Source: Dehalococcoidia bacterium (GTDB taxonomy: Bacteria; Chloroflexota; Dehalococcoidia; Lucifugimonadales; UBA3495). Taken from it: DNA of 64,000 bases. Numbering within the stretch: position 1 is the first letter of the stretch; the number at the start of each line of letters is the position of its first letter. Under the pieces are notes generated by a model, which did no database searches, had not been told where the DNA came from, and saw only the letters and a program-made list of their open reading frames with translations. Where the stretch lies: NCBI GenBank assembly GCA_965261945.1, contig CBDHEF010000002.1, positions 591,327-655,326 on the forward strand. The letters run 5' to 3'. A program made the position numbers and the translations under genes. This document shows, piece after piece, positions 1-7,678 of this stretch.

Positions 1-296
1 CCAAGGGCTGGGACTACGATCCCAAGTACTCCCACGAGTTGGGGATGCTGGCCATCGAGACGGGTCTGTGGGTGCAGTACGAGATTATCGACGGCGAACT
101 GACACTCAACGGGCCCAGCCGCTCCATCGCCAAGGGCATCCGGAAGCGGAAGCCAATCGAGGACTATCTGTCCCGCCAGGGCCGCTTCGCCCATTTCACG
201 GCCGAGGACATCGCCCACTTCCAGCAGCGGGTGAACGATAGCTGGGAAAAGTGGTGGATGCCTGGTGTAATTCCCTTCACCATGAGCGAAGACTAG
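1..296 (+). CDS. 2-oxoacid (pyruvate):ferredoxin oxidoreductase beta subunit, C-terminal fragment (5' end outside window)
   Basis: Frame of ORF 39..296 stays open to the window edge (KGWDYDPKYSHELGML...). The tail LAIETGLWVQYEI..GELTLN..PIEDYLSRQGRFAHF resembles the conserved C-terminus of PorB-type OFOR beta subunits. Confidence 0.6.
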   Translation, partial: KGWDYDPKYSHELGMLAIETGLWVQYEIIDGELTLNGPSRSIAKGIRKRKPIEDYLSRQGRFAHFTAEDIAHFQQRVNDSWEKWWMPGVIPFTMSED

Positions 297-340
297 CCAC
301 CACACTCAAGCCCGATTGGGCTTTCATGCGCCAACTTCGC

Positions 341-370
341 GGGGGCAGGCCGAAAACCTGCCCCCTTTTC
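341..370 (+). terminator. Intrinsic terminator after the OFOR beta gene
   Basis: GGGGGCAGG (341-349) / CCTGCCCCC (357-365), a 9-bp GC stem with a 7-nt loop, followed by TTTT (366-369). Confidence 0.6.
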
Positions 371-423
371 CTGATTCCGGGAAACGAGCAGTGAACTGCC
401 GGGCGGTATGATTCGCATTCAGT

Positions 424-483
424 GAAATTCAGAAGATATATGTATTATTGCAACCCAAATAGGTCAACATATATTCTGAAATC
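424..483. promoter_or_regulatory. AT-rich imperfect inverted repeat upstream of the TRAP binding-protein gene (possible operator/promoter region)
   Basis: GAAATTCAGAAGATATATGT (424-443) versus ACATATATTCTGAAATC (467-483). The arms TTCAGAA and TATATGT match as reverse complements, with a 2-nt insertion in the left arm. This is the most AT-rich stretch of the window. Confidence 0.3.
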
Positions 484-648
484 AACGTGACATAACTGAA
501 CCAGCCATGATTCCGATTATATTCTTACGTATTCGGTCAAATTGTGATACGATAAGTTGGCTGTTTTCCGCCGCGCATTGGGGGACTCGCCTACCCATGT
601 CCGGCGGTGCGCGAAGCAAATACCCAATTTCCAAAAGGAGAGGTGTTC

Positions 649-2115
649 ATGCGATCCACGGTAATCATGTCTTTCGCCATCGTGTTGATGATGGCACTAT
701 TGGTGGCTTGCGGGGAAGCGGCCACCCCCGTACCCACCGATACCCCCGTCCCACCAACTGCAATCCCTGCGCCTACTGAGGCCATGGAAGAAGATGGCGA
801 CGCCATGATGTGGGAAATCAGCGACGAGCTGAAAGCCTACGCCGCTGAGTACGCCGGCGGCCCCGGCGCCATCTACATAGGCGACGGAAACTTCGCAGCC
901 TTGGTGGGCCCGTCTGTATACGACGAGTTCGCGTCCACCTACGGCACCGACCTAGGCGACGACGACGGCAACGTGCCTTTGGACGCCATTATGGATGTAA
1001 GGTGGGTGTTTGAGTCTGACTACTACCGGCAGCTGCTGGAGACGGCCAAGCTGATTGACCCGACTCCATTGACCTCGTCGGGCGAAAACGTCGAGCTGCA
1101 GCACACCTGCATCAACAGCACCCTGCTCTGGTGCAAGCACCAGAAGACATACTTTGTGCCCAATGTCCAGGAACGCACCGAGGGGCAGGTCACCATCAAC
1201 ATCACGTCATTCCCCGAGTTGGGTCTGGCTGGCACCGACACTGCGACCCTCCTGGCCTCCGGTACCTTGGGCATGACCGAAATCTACGGCGGTTACGTGG
1301 GCGGTGAGTTCCCCGCCTTAGCCGTGCAGTACATCTGGGGACTGTGGCCCGACCATCAGACTCACTACGAAGTGCTGACCAACATCGCGCCCGATCTGAA
1401 CCGGGTTTACACGGAAGAGCTGGGGGCCCAGGTGCTGATGCGCAACTGGATTGCCGGCGACGATCAGTTCTTCTTCAGCAACAAAAAGCTGGAAAACCCG
1501 GAGGACTTCGTAGGCCTCAAGACCCGCAGCCACTCGGCCGAGCTGTCCGACTGGATTAACTACATGGGCGCGGCGGCCCAGTTCATGGCCTTCGCCGAGG
1601 TATACACCGCGCTGGAGCGCGGCATTCTGGACGCCGGCGTAACCGGCGCCAATCCGGGCCTCAGCCAGCGCTGGTACGAAGTGACCGACTACATGAACGG
1701 TCGCCTCTACAGCTTCAACTCCACCACTAACGTAATCAACGGTGACGTCTGGGCTGACATTTCGGCGGATATTCAGCAGATTCTTCTGGAAGAGGGCGCC
1801 AAACAGGAGCTGGAAGCCCTGCGTCTGACCGCCATCCACAACGTTACGGGCATCACCCGCAACATCGAGGAGGGTCTGGAGCTGGTGGAATTCGGTCCCG
1901 AGGCTCAGGCTCTCAGTAGGCGGGCCGGCGCAGAAGCCGTACTGCCCAACTGGCTACAGCGCCTGGGCTACCCCGAAAAGGGCCAGGACGTAGTAGACGT
2001 GTTTAATAACAAGATTGGCCCCTTTGTCGGTCTACAAGTCGAGTTGGATCCCGGCTCGGAACGGGGCTTCAAGGTAGTAGACGCCCCCATCACTCAGGGA
2101 CCCCACGCCCAATAG
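649..2115 (+). CDS. TRAP-type (DctP family) solute-binding lipoprotein with a long N-terminal extension
   Basis: AGGAGAGG RBS before ATG 649. Signal peptide plus lipobox (LLVAC-G) and a Pro/Thr linker. C-terminal half GLKTRSHS..MGAAAQFMAFAEVYTALERGILDAG..YEVTDYM..N..VW..IS.DIQ fits the DctP pattern (lkGlKiR..lGa.p..m...EvY.ALq.GvvDg). No dctQM gene is adjacent. Confidence 0.7.
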   Translation: MRSTVIMSFAIVLMMALLVACGEAATPVPTDTPVPPTAIPAPTEAMEEDGDAMMWEISDELKAYAAEYAGGPGAIYIGDGNFAALVGPSVYDEFASTYGTDLGDDDGNVPLDAIMDVRWVFESDYYRQLLETAKLIDPTPLTSSGENVELQHTCINSTLLWCKHQKTYFVPNVQERTEGQVTINITSFPELGLAGTDTATLLASGTLGMTEIYGGYVGGEFPALAVQYIWGLWPDHQTHYEVLTNIAPDLNRVYTEELGAQVLMRNWIAGDDQFFFSNKKLENPEDFVGLKTRSHSAELSDWINYMGAAAQFMAFAEVYTALERGILDAGVTGANPGLSQRWYEVTDYMNGRLYSFNSTTNVINGDVWADISADIQQILLEEGAKQELEALRLTAIHNVTGITRNIEEGLELVEFGPEAQALSRRAGAEAVLPNWLQRLGYPEKGQDVVDVFNNKIGPFVGLQVELDPGSERGFKVVDAPITQGPHAQ

Positions 2116-2157
2116 CGTCACACCTCGCTGCGGCGCACAACTACCAACTCAACCAGC

Positions 2158-2188
2158 GGGGCGGCCAGATGGCCGCCCCTTACTTTTT
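2158..2188 (+). terminator. Hairpin terminator between the convergent TRAP SBP and dioxygenase genes
   Basis: GGGGCGGCC (2158-2166) / GGCCGCCCC (2171-2179), then TTACTTTTT. Confidence 0.5.
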
Positions 2189-2217
2189 GCCCCGGCGTAG
2201 TGGGAGTTTATAGTTTC

Positions 2218-2751
2218 TCAGAAAAAGACGCTCAGGTTCTTGGCCAAGATCACATTGGAGTCCAAGACGATAGTGCGTCGGGCGATCTTCCAGTCCCCGT
2301 CCCACGGGCGCAGAATGTCGTTCCGGTAGCCGGCGAAGACATTCTCCTCCGTCTCGTGGTGGGAACGGTAGAGGATGAAAGCTGTCTTCGCCTTGACCTC
2401 GCCGTTGGGCTGCGGATCCGCCACCAGGTTGCCAACCAGGTGGCGGGTGCGGGACGGCGGATCTTCCCCCCAGGCCATCCCGGTCTCCAGGCGCTCCACG
2501 CGCATCCGCATATAGGTCTTGTCGTCCTCGAAAATCGCCAAGTCGCCCACGGGAGTCAGCTCCCGCTCTGTCTCGTGGCGATGAATGTTCAGGCGGCGGG
2601 GCATGAAATAGAACACGTCGTCGGTGAACAGGTCCAGCCATTCCTGGAAGCGGCGATCGTCCAGCAGCCACGCCTCCCTGATATAGAACTGCATCAGTTC
2701 ATGCCAGAGTTCCATGTTGGACGCTGTCTGGGTCTGACTCTGGGTAGCCAT
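2218..2751 (-). CDS. Aromatic ring-hydroxylating dioxygenase, beta (small) subunit
   Basis: 177 aa. The pattern ELMQFYIREAWLLDDRRFQEWLDLFTDDVFYFMP...RTRHLVGN is typical of the SnoaL-like RHD beta subunit fold. It lies directly downstream of the Rieske alpha subunit. Confidence 0.85.
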   Translation of the reverse strand: MATQSQTQTASNMELWHELMQFYIREAWLLDDRRFQEWLDLFTDDVFYFMPRRLNIHRHETERELTPVGDLAIFEDDKTYMRMRVERLETGMAWGEDPPSRTRHLVGNLVADPQPNGEVKAKTAFILYRSHHETEENVFAGYRNDILRPWDGDWKIARRTIVLDSNVILAKNLSVFF

Positions 2752-2774
2752 GTCTCTTGCGCTCCCGGCGTCAT

Positions 2775-2812
2775 CCCCTCTCCCTGAGGGGGAGAGGGTT
2801 TAGGTGAGGGCG
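2775..2812 (+). repeat. REP-like intergenic palindromic repeat (CCCTCTCC-loop-GGAGAGGG plus GGTGAGGGCG arm)
   Basis: CCCCTCTCCCTGAGGGGGAGAGGGTTTAGGTGAGGGCG lies between the dioxygenase alpha stop and beta start. Related copies are listed below. Confidence 0.7.
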
Positions 2813-2818
2813 TTTCCC

Positions 2819-4198
2819 CTAGCCTCGCAGGGTAGCCGTGCCCTCATATTCCATGACCTTCGGCTCCAGCGGGATGTCCTCCCAGTTCCCGGCGTTCATG
2901 AACTGCTCCCAGCGTTGGTAAAACAGTCGCTGGTTGCTCTCCGAAGTGTAGCGTTCCGCCACCACGCCGGGAAAGTCTGGATGTCGGCGGTCGTGGCCTA
3001 ATCCCATGGAGAGATCTTGCGCGTACCTGCGCCCTATTGGGCTGAGGGCGGAGTTGGTCACGCCGCGCCAGTTGTCCATGTCATCCTGCTCGAAGATGCC
3101 GTTGACGCCGTTATAGTTGGAGCTGCCCCGGCGCAGGGCGGTCTTCAGGTCTTCCGGCATATCCTTTTCCAGCACCACGAAGTGCCAGAATTCGGTTTGC
3201 AGAGGGCCACGTGGGTGGGCCAGGCGCAGGCCGAGGACGCCATTGGGAAACAGGCTGTGGTTGCCCAGTTGCAGCCGACGCGCCCGCAGGTTGCCCAGAC
3301 GGCGCTCCGACTCGGCCAGCGTCCGGCGATAATACTCCTCGAAAGCCTCACGGTTTTCGGCGGTGATGCCGTGTGTCTGCCGCGCCTGGTCGGCCCGCTC
3401 CAGAAACCGCATGGTCAGCGAATGGCCGTTGACGAACAGGTGTTTGCTCTCCGACTGGAACTGCGCCTCGTGGGTCAGCCGTGGAATGCCGCTGTGCCGC
3501 CCCTGCACGATGATGGCAGACAGGTGCGTTGTGGGGACGTGATAGTTGTCGGAGCAGTTGTCCACTGCCGTCTTCCAGTTCACCGGCTCCAGCCACTTGA
3601 TGGGGCCCAGTGCCTCGGTGCCGTTATCCAGGCGGTTGAACGATACGTCCAGCAACCAGCGGGCGTCGCCCAGGTAGTCGTCCAGGCTGGGCGCGCTCTG
3701 GTCCCAGGTGGCGAATACGATGCCGGCGTAGGTATCCAGGCGAGCCTCCACCAGCCGCAGGCGCTCTCGGTCAAGCGCGCCGTAATATGCCTCCTCCTCC
3801 CCTGGGAGATACTCCAGCTCGCCCTGATTGGAGTAGGTCCAGCCGTGATAGGCGCAGGCGAAGTTGCGGGCGTTGCCGGCGTCGGTGCGGACGATGCGGT
3901 TGCCCCGGTGGCGGCACATATTCAGGAAAGCCCGCAGGTGGCCCTGGCCGTCGCGGCAGAGTATGACCGGCTCTTCACCCATGTAGGTGTGGAAGAAGTC
4001 GTTGGGCTTCGGCGCCAACGACTCGTGGCCGATCATCAGCCAGGCCCGCCCGAACACCTTCTCCTGCTCCTCGGCATAGATGTCCGGGTCAACGAAAATA
4101 CGCCGGTCAAGCTGGCCTGTTTCGAGGTCAATAATCTGATGTTTCCGGCCAGTGGCAACCATTTCGGCACCCCTGCTAGGCATGGATAGCGGCTCCAT
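2819..4198 (-). CDS. Rieske [2Fe-2S] aromatic ring-hydroxylating dioxygenase, alpha subunit
   Basis: Rieske motif CRHRGNRIV..17..CAYHGW. A catalytic domain with His-containing DNYHVPTTH follows. An alternative start at ATG 4162 (MVATGRKHQ...) has a better RBS. Confidence 0.9.
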   Translation of the reverse strand: MEPLSMPSRGAEMVATGRKHQIIDLETGQLDRRIFVDPDIYAEEQEKVFGRAWLMIGHESLAPKPNDFFHTYMGEEPVILCRDGQGHLRAFLNMCRHRGNRIVRTDAGNARNFACAYHGWTYSNQGELEYLPGEEEAYYGALDRERLRLVEARLDTYAGIVFATWDQSAPSLDDYLGDARWLLDVSFNRLDNGTEALGPIKWLEPVNWKTAVDNCSDNYHVPTTHLSAIIVQGRHSGIPRLTHEAQFQSESKHLFVNGHSLTMRFLERADQARQTHGITAENREAFEEYYRRTLAESERRLGNLRARRLQLGNHSLFPNGVLGLRLAHPRGPLQTEFWHFVVLEKDMPEDLKTALRRGSSNYNGVNGIFEQDDMDNWRGVTNSALSPIGRRYAQDLSMGLGHDRRHPDFPGVVAERYTSESNQRLFYQRWEQFMNAGNWEDIPLEPKVMEYEGTATLRG

Positions 4199-4283
4199 TC
4201 AACAGTATCAATCATCCGGTGCATTCTGTCCATTGGTGTAGTAGAGTATGGAAAATTCAAACACGCCAGTAACGGGGGCCGGC

Positions 4284-5369
4284 ATGAAGTTCGGAATCTT
4301 TACCATAGTCCCTTACCACGAGGACTTCACCCAGCAGCAGGCGCTGAACGACGCGCTGGAGCAGATCGTATACGCCGACGAAATGGGCATCGAGGAGGCC
4401 TGGCTGGGTGAACACCGCTTTTCGCGGCATGGTCTTCTTTCGGGCATCTGGTCGTTCCTGGGGGCAGTCGCCGGGCGCACCAAGAACATCCGCATCGGAA
4501 CGGCGGTCATCGTTCTGCCGCTGCACAACCCGGTGCTGGTGGCCGAGGAGGTGGCTATGCTGGACGTCATCAGCAACGGCCGCTTCAACTTCGGCATCGG
4601 CGCCGGCTACCAGCAGCAGGAGTTCGACGGCGTGGGGGTTGACATAGACACCAGCCGCGAGCGGTTCCAGGAGGCGGTCGACGTCATCATCAAGGCATGG
4701 ACCGAGGAGCGGCTGACGTTCCACGGCAAGTACACCAATGTTGACGACCTCTGGGTGCTGCCCAAGCCGGTCCAGAAGCCATATCCGCCTCTGTTCCAGG
4801 CCGTCAGCACCAGCCCGGCCAGCATTGACTTCGCCGCGAGCCGCAAGATTCAGGTGATCGCGGGCGGCCCCACTGACATCCTCGGCCAGGCCCCCCAGGT
4901 AATCAAGCTGTGGCGCGACAAGATGGATGAGTACGGGCATCCCCACGCTCACCTCGACCCGCCGATGTCCAAGTCCATTTACGTGGCCCCGACCATGGAA
5001 GAAGCCGAGCGCGACCCCGTCGGCCTTGAGGACTTCTCGTCGCGCATTCTGCGTTCCGCAGGCAGCAACGGCGCGCCCATCGGGATGCCCGTGGACAAGA
5101 ACGGGAAAGTCGCCAAGGGCTACGAGCATTGGGCCAACCGCCAGAGCGACCGCGACCGCCGCGACGACGTGGGCCACGCTGGGCTGCCGCCCCTCCGCGG
5201 CACACCGGAGGTGGTGGTCGAGCGCCTGAAGGAGACGCAAGAGGCGGGCATCAACCATGTTTTCGGCAACTTCGGATTCGCCGGCCTGCCCCACTGGAAG
5301 GTGATGCGCTCCATAGAGCTGTTCGCCACCGAAGTCATGCCCCACTTCAAGGAAGCCCCCGTAGTTTAG
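4284..5369 (+). CDS. LLM-class (luciferase-like) flavin-dependent monooxygenase/oxidoreductase
   Basis: MKFGIFT...LEQIVYADEMGIEEAWLGEHRF...VLPLHNPVLVAEEVAMLDVISNGRFNFGIGAGY is the canonical LLM pattern. The upstream ATG 4248 is also possible. Confidence 0.85.
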   Translation: MKFGIFTIVPYHEDFTQQQALNDALEQIVYADEMGIEEAWLGEHRFSRHGLLSGIWSFLGAVAGRTKNIRIGTAVIVLPLHNPVLVAEEVAMLDVISNGRFNFGIGAGYQQQEFDGVGVDIDTSRERFQEAVDVIIKAWTEERLTFHGKYTNVDDLWVLPKPVQKPYPPLFQAVSTSPASIDFAASRKIQVIAGGPTDILGQAPQVIKLWRDKMDEYGHPHAHLDPPMSKSIYVAPTMEEAERDPVGLEDFSSRILRSAGSNGAPIGMPVDKNGKVAKGYEHWANRQSDRDRRDDVGHAGLPPLRGTPEVVVERLKETQEAGINHVFGNFGFAGLPHWKVMRSIELFATEVMPHFKEAPVV

Positions 5370-5487
5370 ACGTCAACAGATTCGGCGGCCGCATTTCACC
5401 GGCAATACAGGGGCGCACGGCTGTGCTACCCTACGCCAAATGATGGCTCGGTCCCATTCGCCCAAAAATACGCTGGAGCGAAGCAGC

Positions 5488-6333
5488 ATGACTACCTCGA
5501 TTTTCACTGAAGAATCCACCAGCAAGACCGTCATGGTGGGCGATATACCAGTGCATTTTCATGACGTTGGCGAGGGCGACCCGGTGTTCATGCTTCATTC
5601 CTATGGCCCAGGCACTACCGGCTGGATAACCTTTCACAAGATACTGCCCGCCTTCGCCCGGCGCTACCGCTGCATCGTGATGGACCTGCCCAACTTCGGG
5701 CGCACCGGGCCGGTGGTCTACAACGAGCCGCTGCACAACCTCCAGGCCCGCACAGCTCTTGGCCTGATGGACGCCTTGGGTATCGAAAAAGCGCACCTCG
5801 TCGGCAACTCGCAGGGTGGGCAGTCGGCGATGGTGCTGGCGATGAAGGAGCCGCAGCGGGTGGACAAGCTGGTGTTCGGCGCCTGCCACATCAAGACCGG
5901 CGGCGACCTGTACCTGATGGGCAACCGCCCGTCAGAGGGCAGCCTGGTTACCCGCGAGGTGCGGGACAACCCCACCCACGACAACGTGCGCCGCTACCTG
6001 CGGACGCACATCGACGACAACGCGCTGGTCACCGAGGAGTTGGTGGACTACATCCACAACAACTACACCGGCAACCCCGACCACATCAAGGCCGACGCCG
6101 AATCAGTCAGCGTGCCCTACGACCACGGGGTTGACCTGCCCAACATAACGGCCCCCAGCCTGATCATCTGGGGGCGCTACGACCGGATGTGCGTTTTCGA
6201 AATCGGCATCGCCGCCCTGAACAACCTAGAAGACTCCCGCCTGGTCCTGCTGAACAACTGCGGCCACTGGGTTCCCTTCGAGAAACCGCGGGAGTACGCC
6301 TCCCACGTGCTGACCTTCCTGCGCGGCGGGTAG
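5488..6333 (+). CDS. Alpha/beta hydrolase, meta-cleavage-product (BphD/TodF-like) C-C hydrolase family
   Basis: HG-type oxyanion region FMLHSYGPG, nucleophile elbow GNSQGG, and C-terminal NNCGHWVPFEKP with the catalytic His. It neighbours the Rieske dioxygenase. Confidence 0.8.
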   Translation: MTTSIFTEESTSKTVMVGDIPVHFHDVGEGDPVFMLHSYGPGTTGWITFHKILPAFARRYRCIVMDLPNFGRTGPVVYNEPLHNLQARTALGLMDALGIEKAHLVGNSQGGQSAMVLAMKEPQRVDKLVFGACHIKTGGDLYLMGNRPSEGSLVTREVRDNPTHDNVRRYLRTHIDDNALVTEELVDYIHNNYTGNPDHIKADAESVSVPYDHGVDLPNITAPSLIIWGRYDRMCVFEIGIAALNNLEDSRLVLLNNCGHWVPFEKPREYASHVLTFLRGG

Positions 6334-6355
6334 GGACGCTGTTACCTGGGATGAG

Positions 6356-6772
6356 TCATTCGCTGGATCCGTTGCGGCCGGACTCCTCGACCTCGTTGAT
6401 GTACTCTTCCAACTCGCTGAAATAGCGGGGCATATCGTCGAACTCGACGATGCCTTCGTAGTATCCAAAGATGTGGAAGGTTTGCCGGATGTAAATGTAG
6501 TTTTTCACCATTGCGCGATCCATATACTTGCCGGCAAAATAATATCTCCCCCGGTCGTTTTCAGGCAACTCCGATTCTGGTACGCCTTGTATCAGAAAGT
6601 AACAGTTGGTGGACTCCAAGGCTGCCAGCCAGCCCTTCCCGCAGGCATTCCGCAGTCCGATTACTGCCGCGCCGCCCTTGGCTTCCTCCGCACGGGCGAA
6701 TTCTTCGCGCCCTGCCTGCAACAGTTCGCGCGCCAGATTCAGCCGGTTGTCAATCAATTGAACCATATTCAC
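6356..6772 (-). CDS. Hypothetical helical protein, PaREP1/DUF5618/HEPN-fold-like (function unknown)
   Basis: 138-aa ORF in a low-GC patch (42-50% in two lines counted). KGWLAALEST...IRQTFHIFGYYEG resembles the two conserved helices of PaREP1-type HEPN-fold proteins. This assignment is from memory only. Confidence 0.45.
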   Translation of the reverse strand: MNMVQLIDNRLNLARELLQAGREEFARAEEAKGGAAVIGLRNACGKGWLAALESTNCYFLIQGVPESELPENDRGRYYFAGKYMDRAMVKNYIYIRQTFHIFGYYEGIVEFDDMPRYFSELEEYINEVEESGRNGSSE

Positions 6773-6802
6773 TCCATATCATTCTTCGGGGATGCCACCA
6801 TC

Positions 6803-7663
6803 CTAGCCCCGCAGGTAGCGCTCCTGGAGCGCGATGAACTCGTCGGTGCGGTTGACTTGGCGCAGCAGCTCCGGCGAGGCCTGTTGCTCCGCGAGGTCTT
6901 CCATCATACCGCCGTCCTTCAGGCGCTTGAGGCTGTCATAGATGGCTTTGACCGCCACGGCGAAGGTCGGGTTGCCCAGCATCAGAATTCGCACGCCGTT
7001 GGCGTCGAGGAAGGCCTGGTCGTTGCGGGCATCGGCGGGCGGGTTGAGGACGCATAGGGGCAGGGATGTTACGCCGTGCACTGCCTCGAGCTGCTCGCGG
7101 TTGCGGGAGCCGGTGAGCATCAGGGCTTCGGCGCCGGTCTGGGAGTAGGCCTGGATGCGCTCCAGCGCTTCGTCCAGCGGGCACAGCCCCAGCGCGGCGG
7201 AGCGGGCCACTATGACGGTGGTCGGGTCGGTTCGGGACGCTACCGCCGCCTCCAGCTTGCCCACCTGCTCTTCCGTGGAAACGAGGCCGGGGTCGGCCAC
7301 ATTGAACCGGCGCGGCACGAAATTGTCTTCGATTTCGATGCCGGCCACGCCCGCGGCCTCCATCTCCCGCACCGTGCGGACGACGTTCACGGCGTTGCCG
7401 AAACCGTCCTCGGCGTCCACCATTAGTGAGACGTCGGCGATGCGGGTGATGCGTCGGCAGTGGTCCACCACGTCGGACATATTGGAAAGCGCTATGTCGG
7501 GTACTCCCAGGTTGGCCATCTTGCCCACCGAGCCGGAAAGCACACAGACCTCGTAGTCAAGCATATGGGCGATGTGGGCCGACAGCGGGTCAAAGATGTT
7601 GGCCGCCAGCGTGCAGTGGGGGCGGGCCAGAACCTCTCGGAAAAGCTCACGGGCGCGCGACAT
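6803..7663 (-). CDS. Isocitrate lyase/PEP mutase superfamily enzyme (paralog 1)
   Basis: ANIFDPLSAHIA...VSLMVDAEDGFGN..NVVRTVREMEAAGVAGIEIEDN are hallmark motifs of the ICL/PEPM family. Confidence 0.85.
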   Translation of the reverse strand: MSRARELFREVLARPHCTLAANIFDPLSAHIAHMLDYEVCVLSGSVGKMANLGVPDIALSNMSDVVDHCRRITRIADVSLMVDAEDGFGNAVNVVRTVREMEAAGVAGIEIEDNFVPRRFNVADPGLVSTEEQVGKLEAAVASRTDPTTVIVARSAALGLCPLDEALERIQAYSQTGAEALMLTGSRNREQLEAVHGVTSLPLCVLNPPADARNDQAFLDANGVRILMLGNPTFAVAVKAIYDSLKRLKDGGMMEDLAEQQASPELLRQVNRTDEFIALQERYLRG

Positions 7664-7678
7664 TCGTCATCCTCCATA

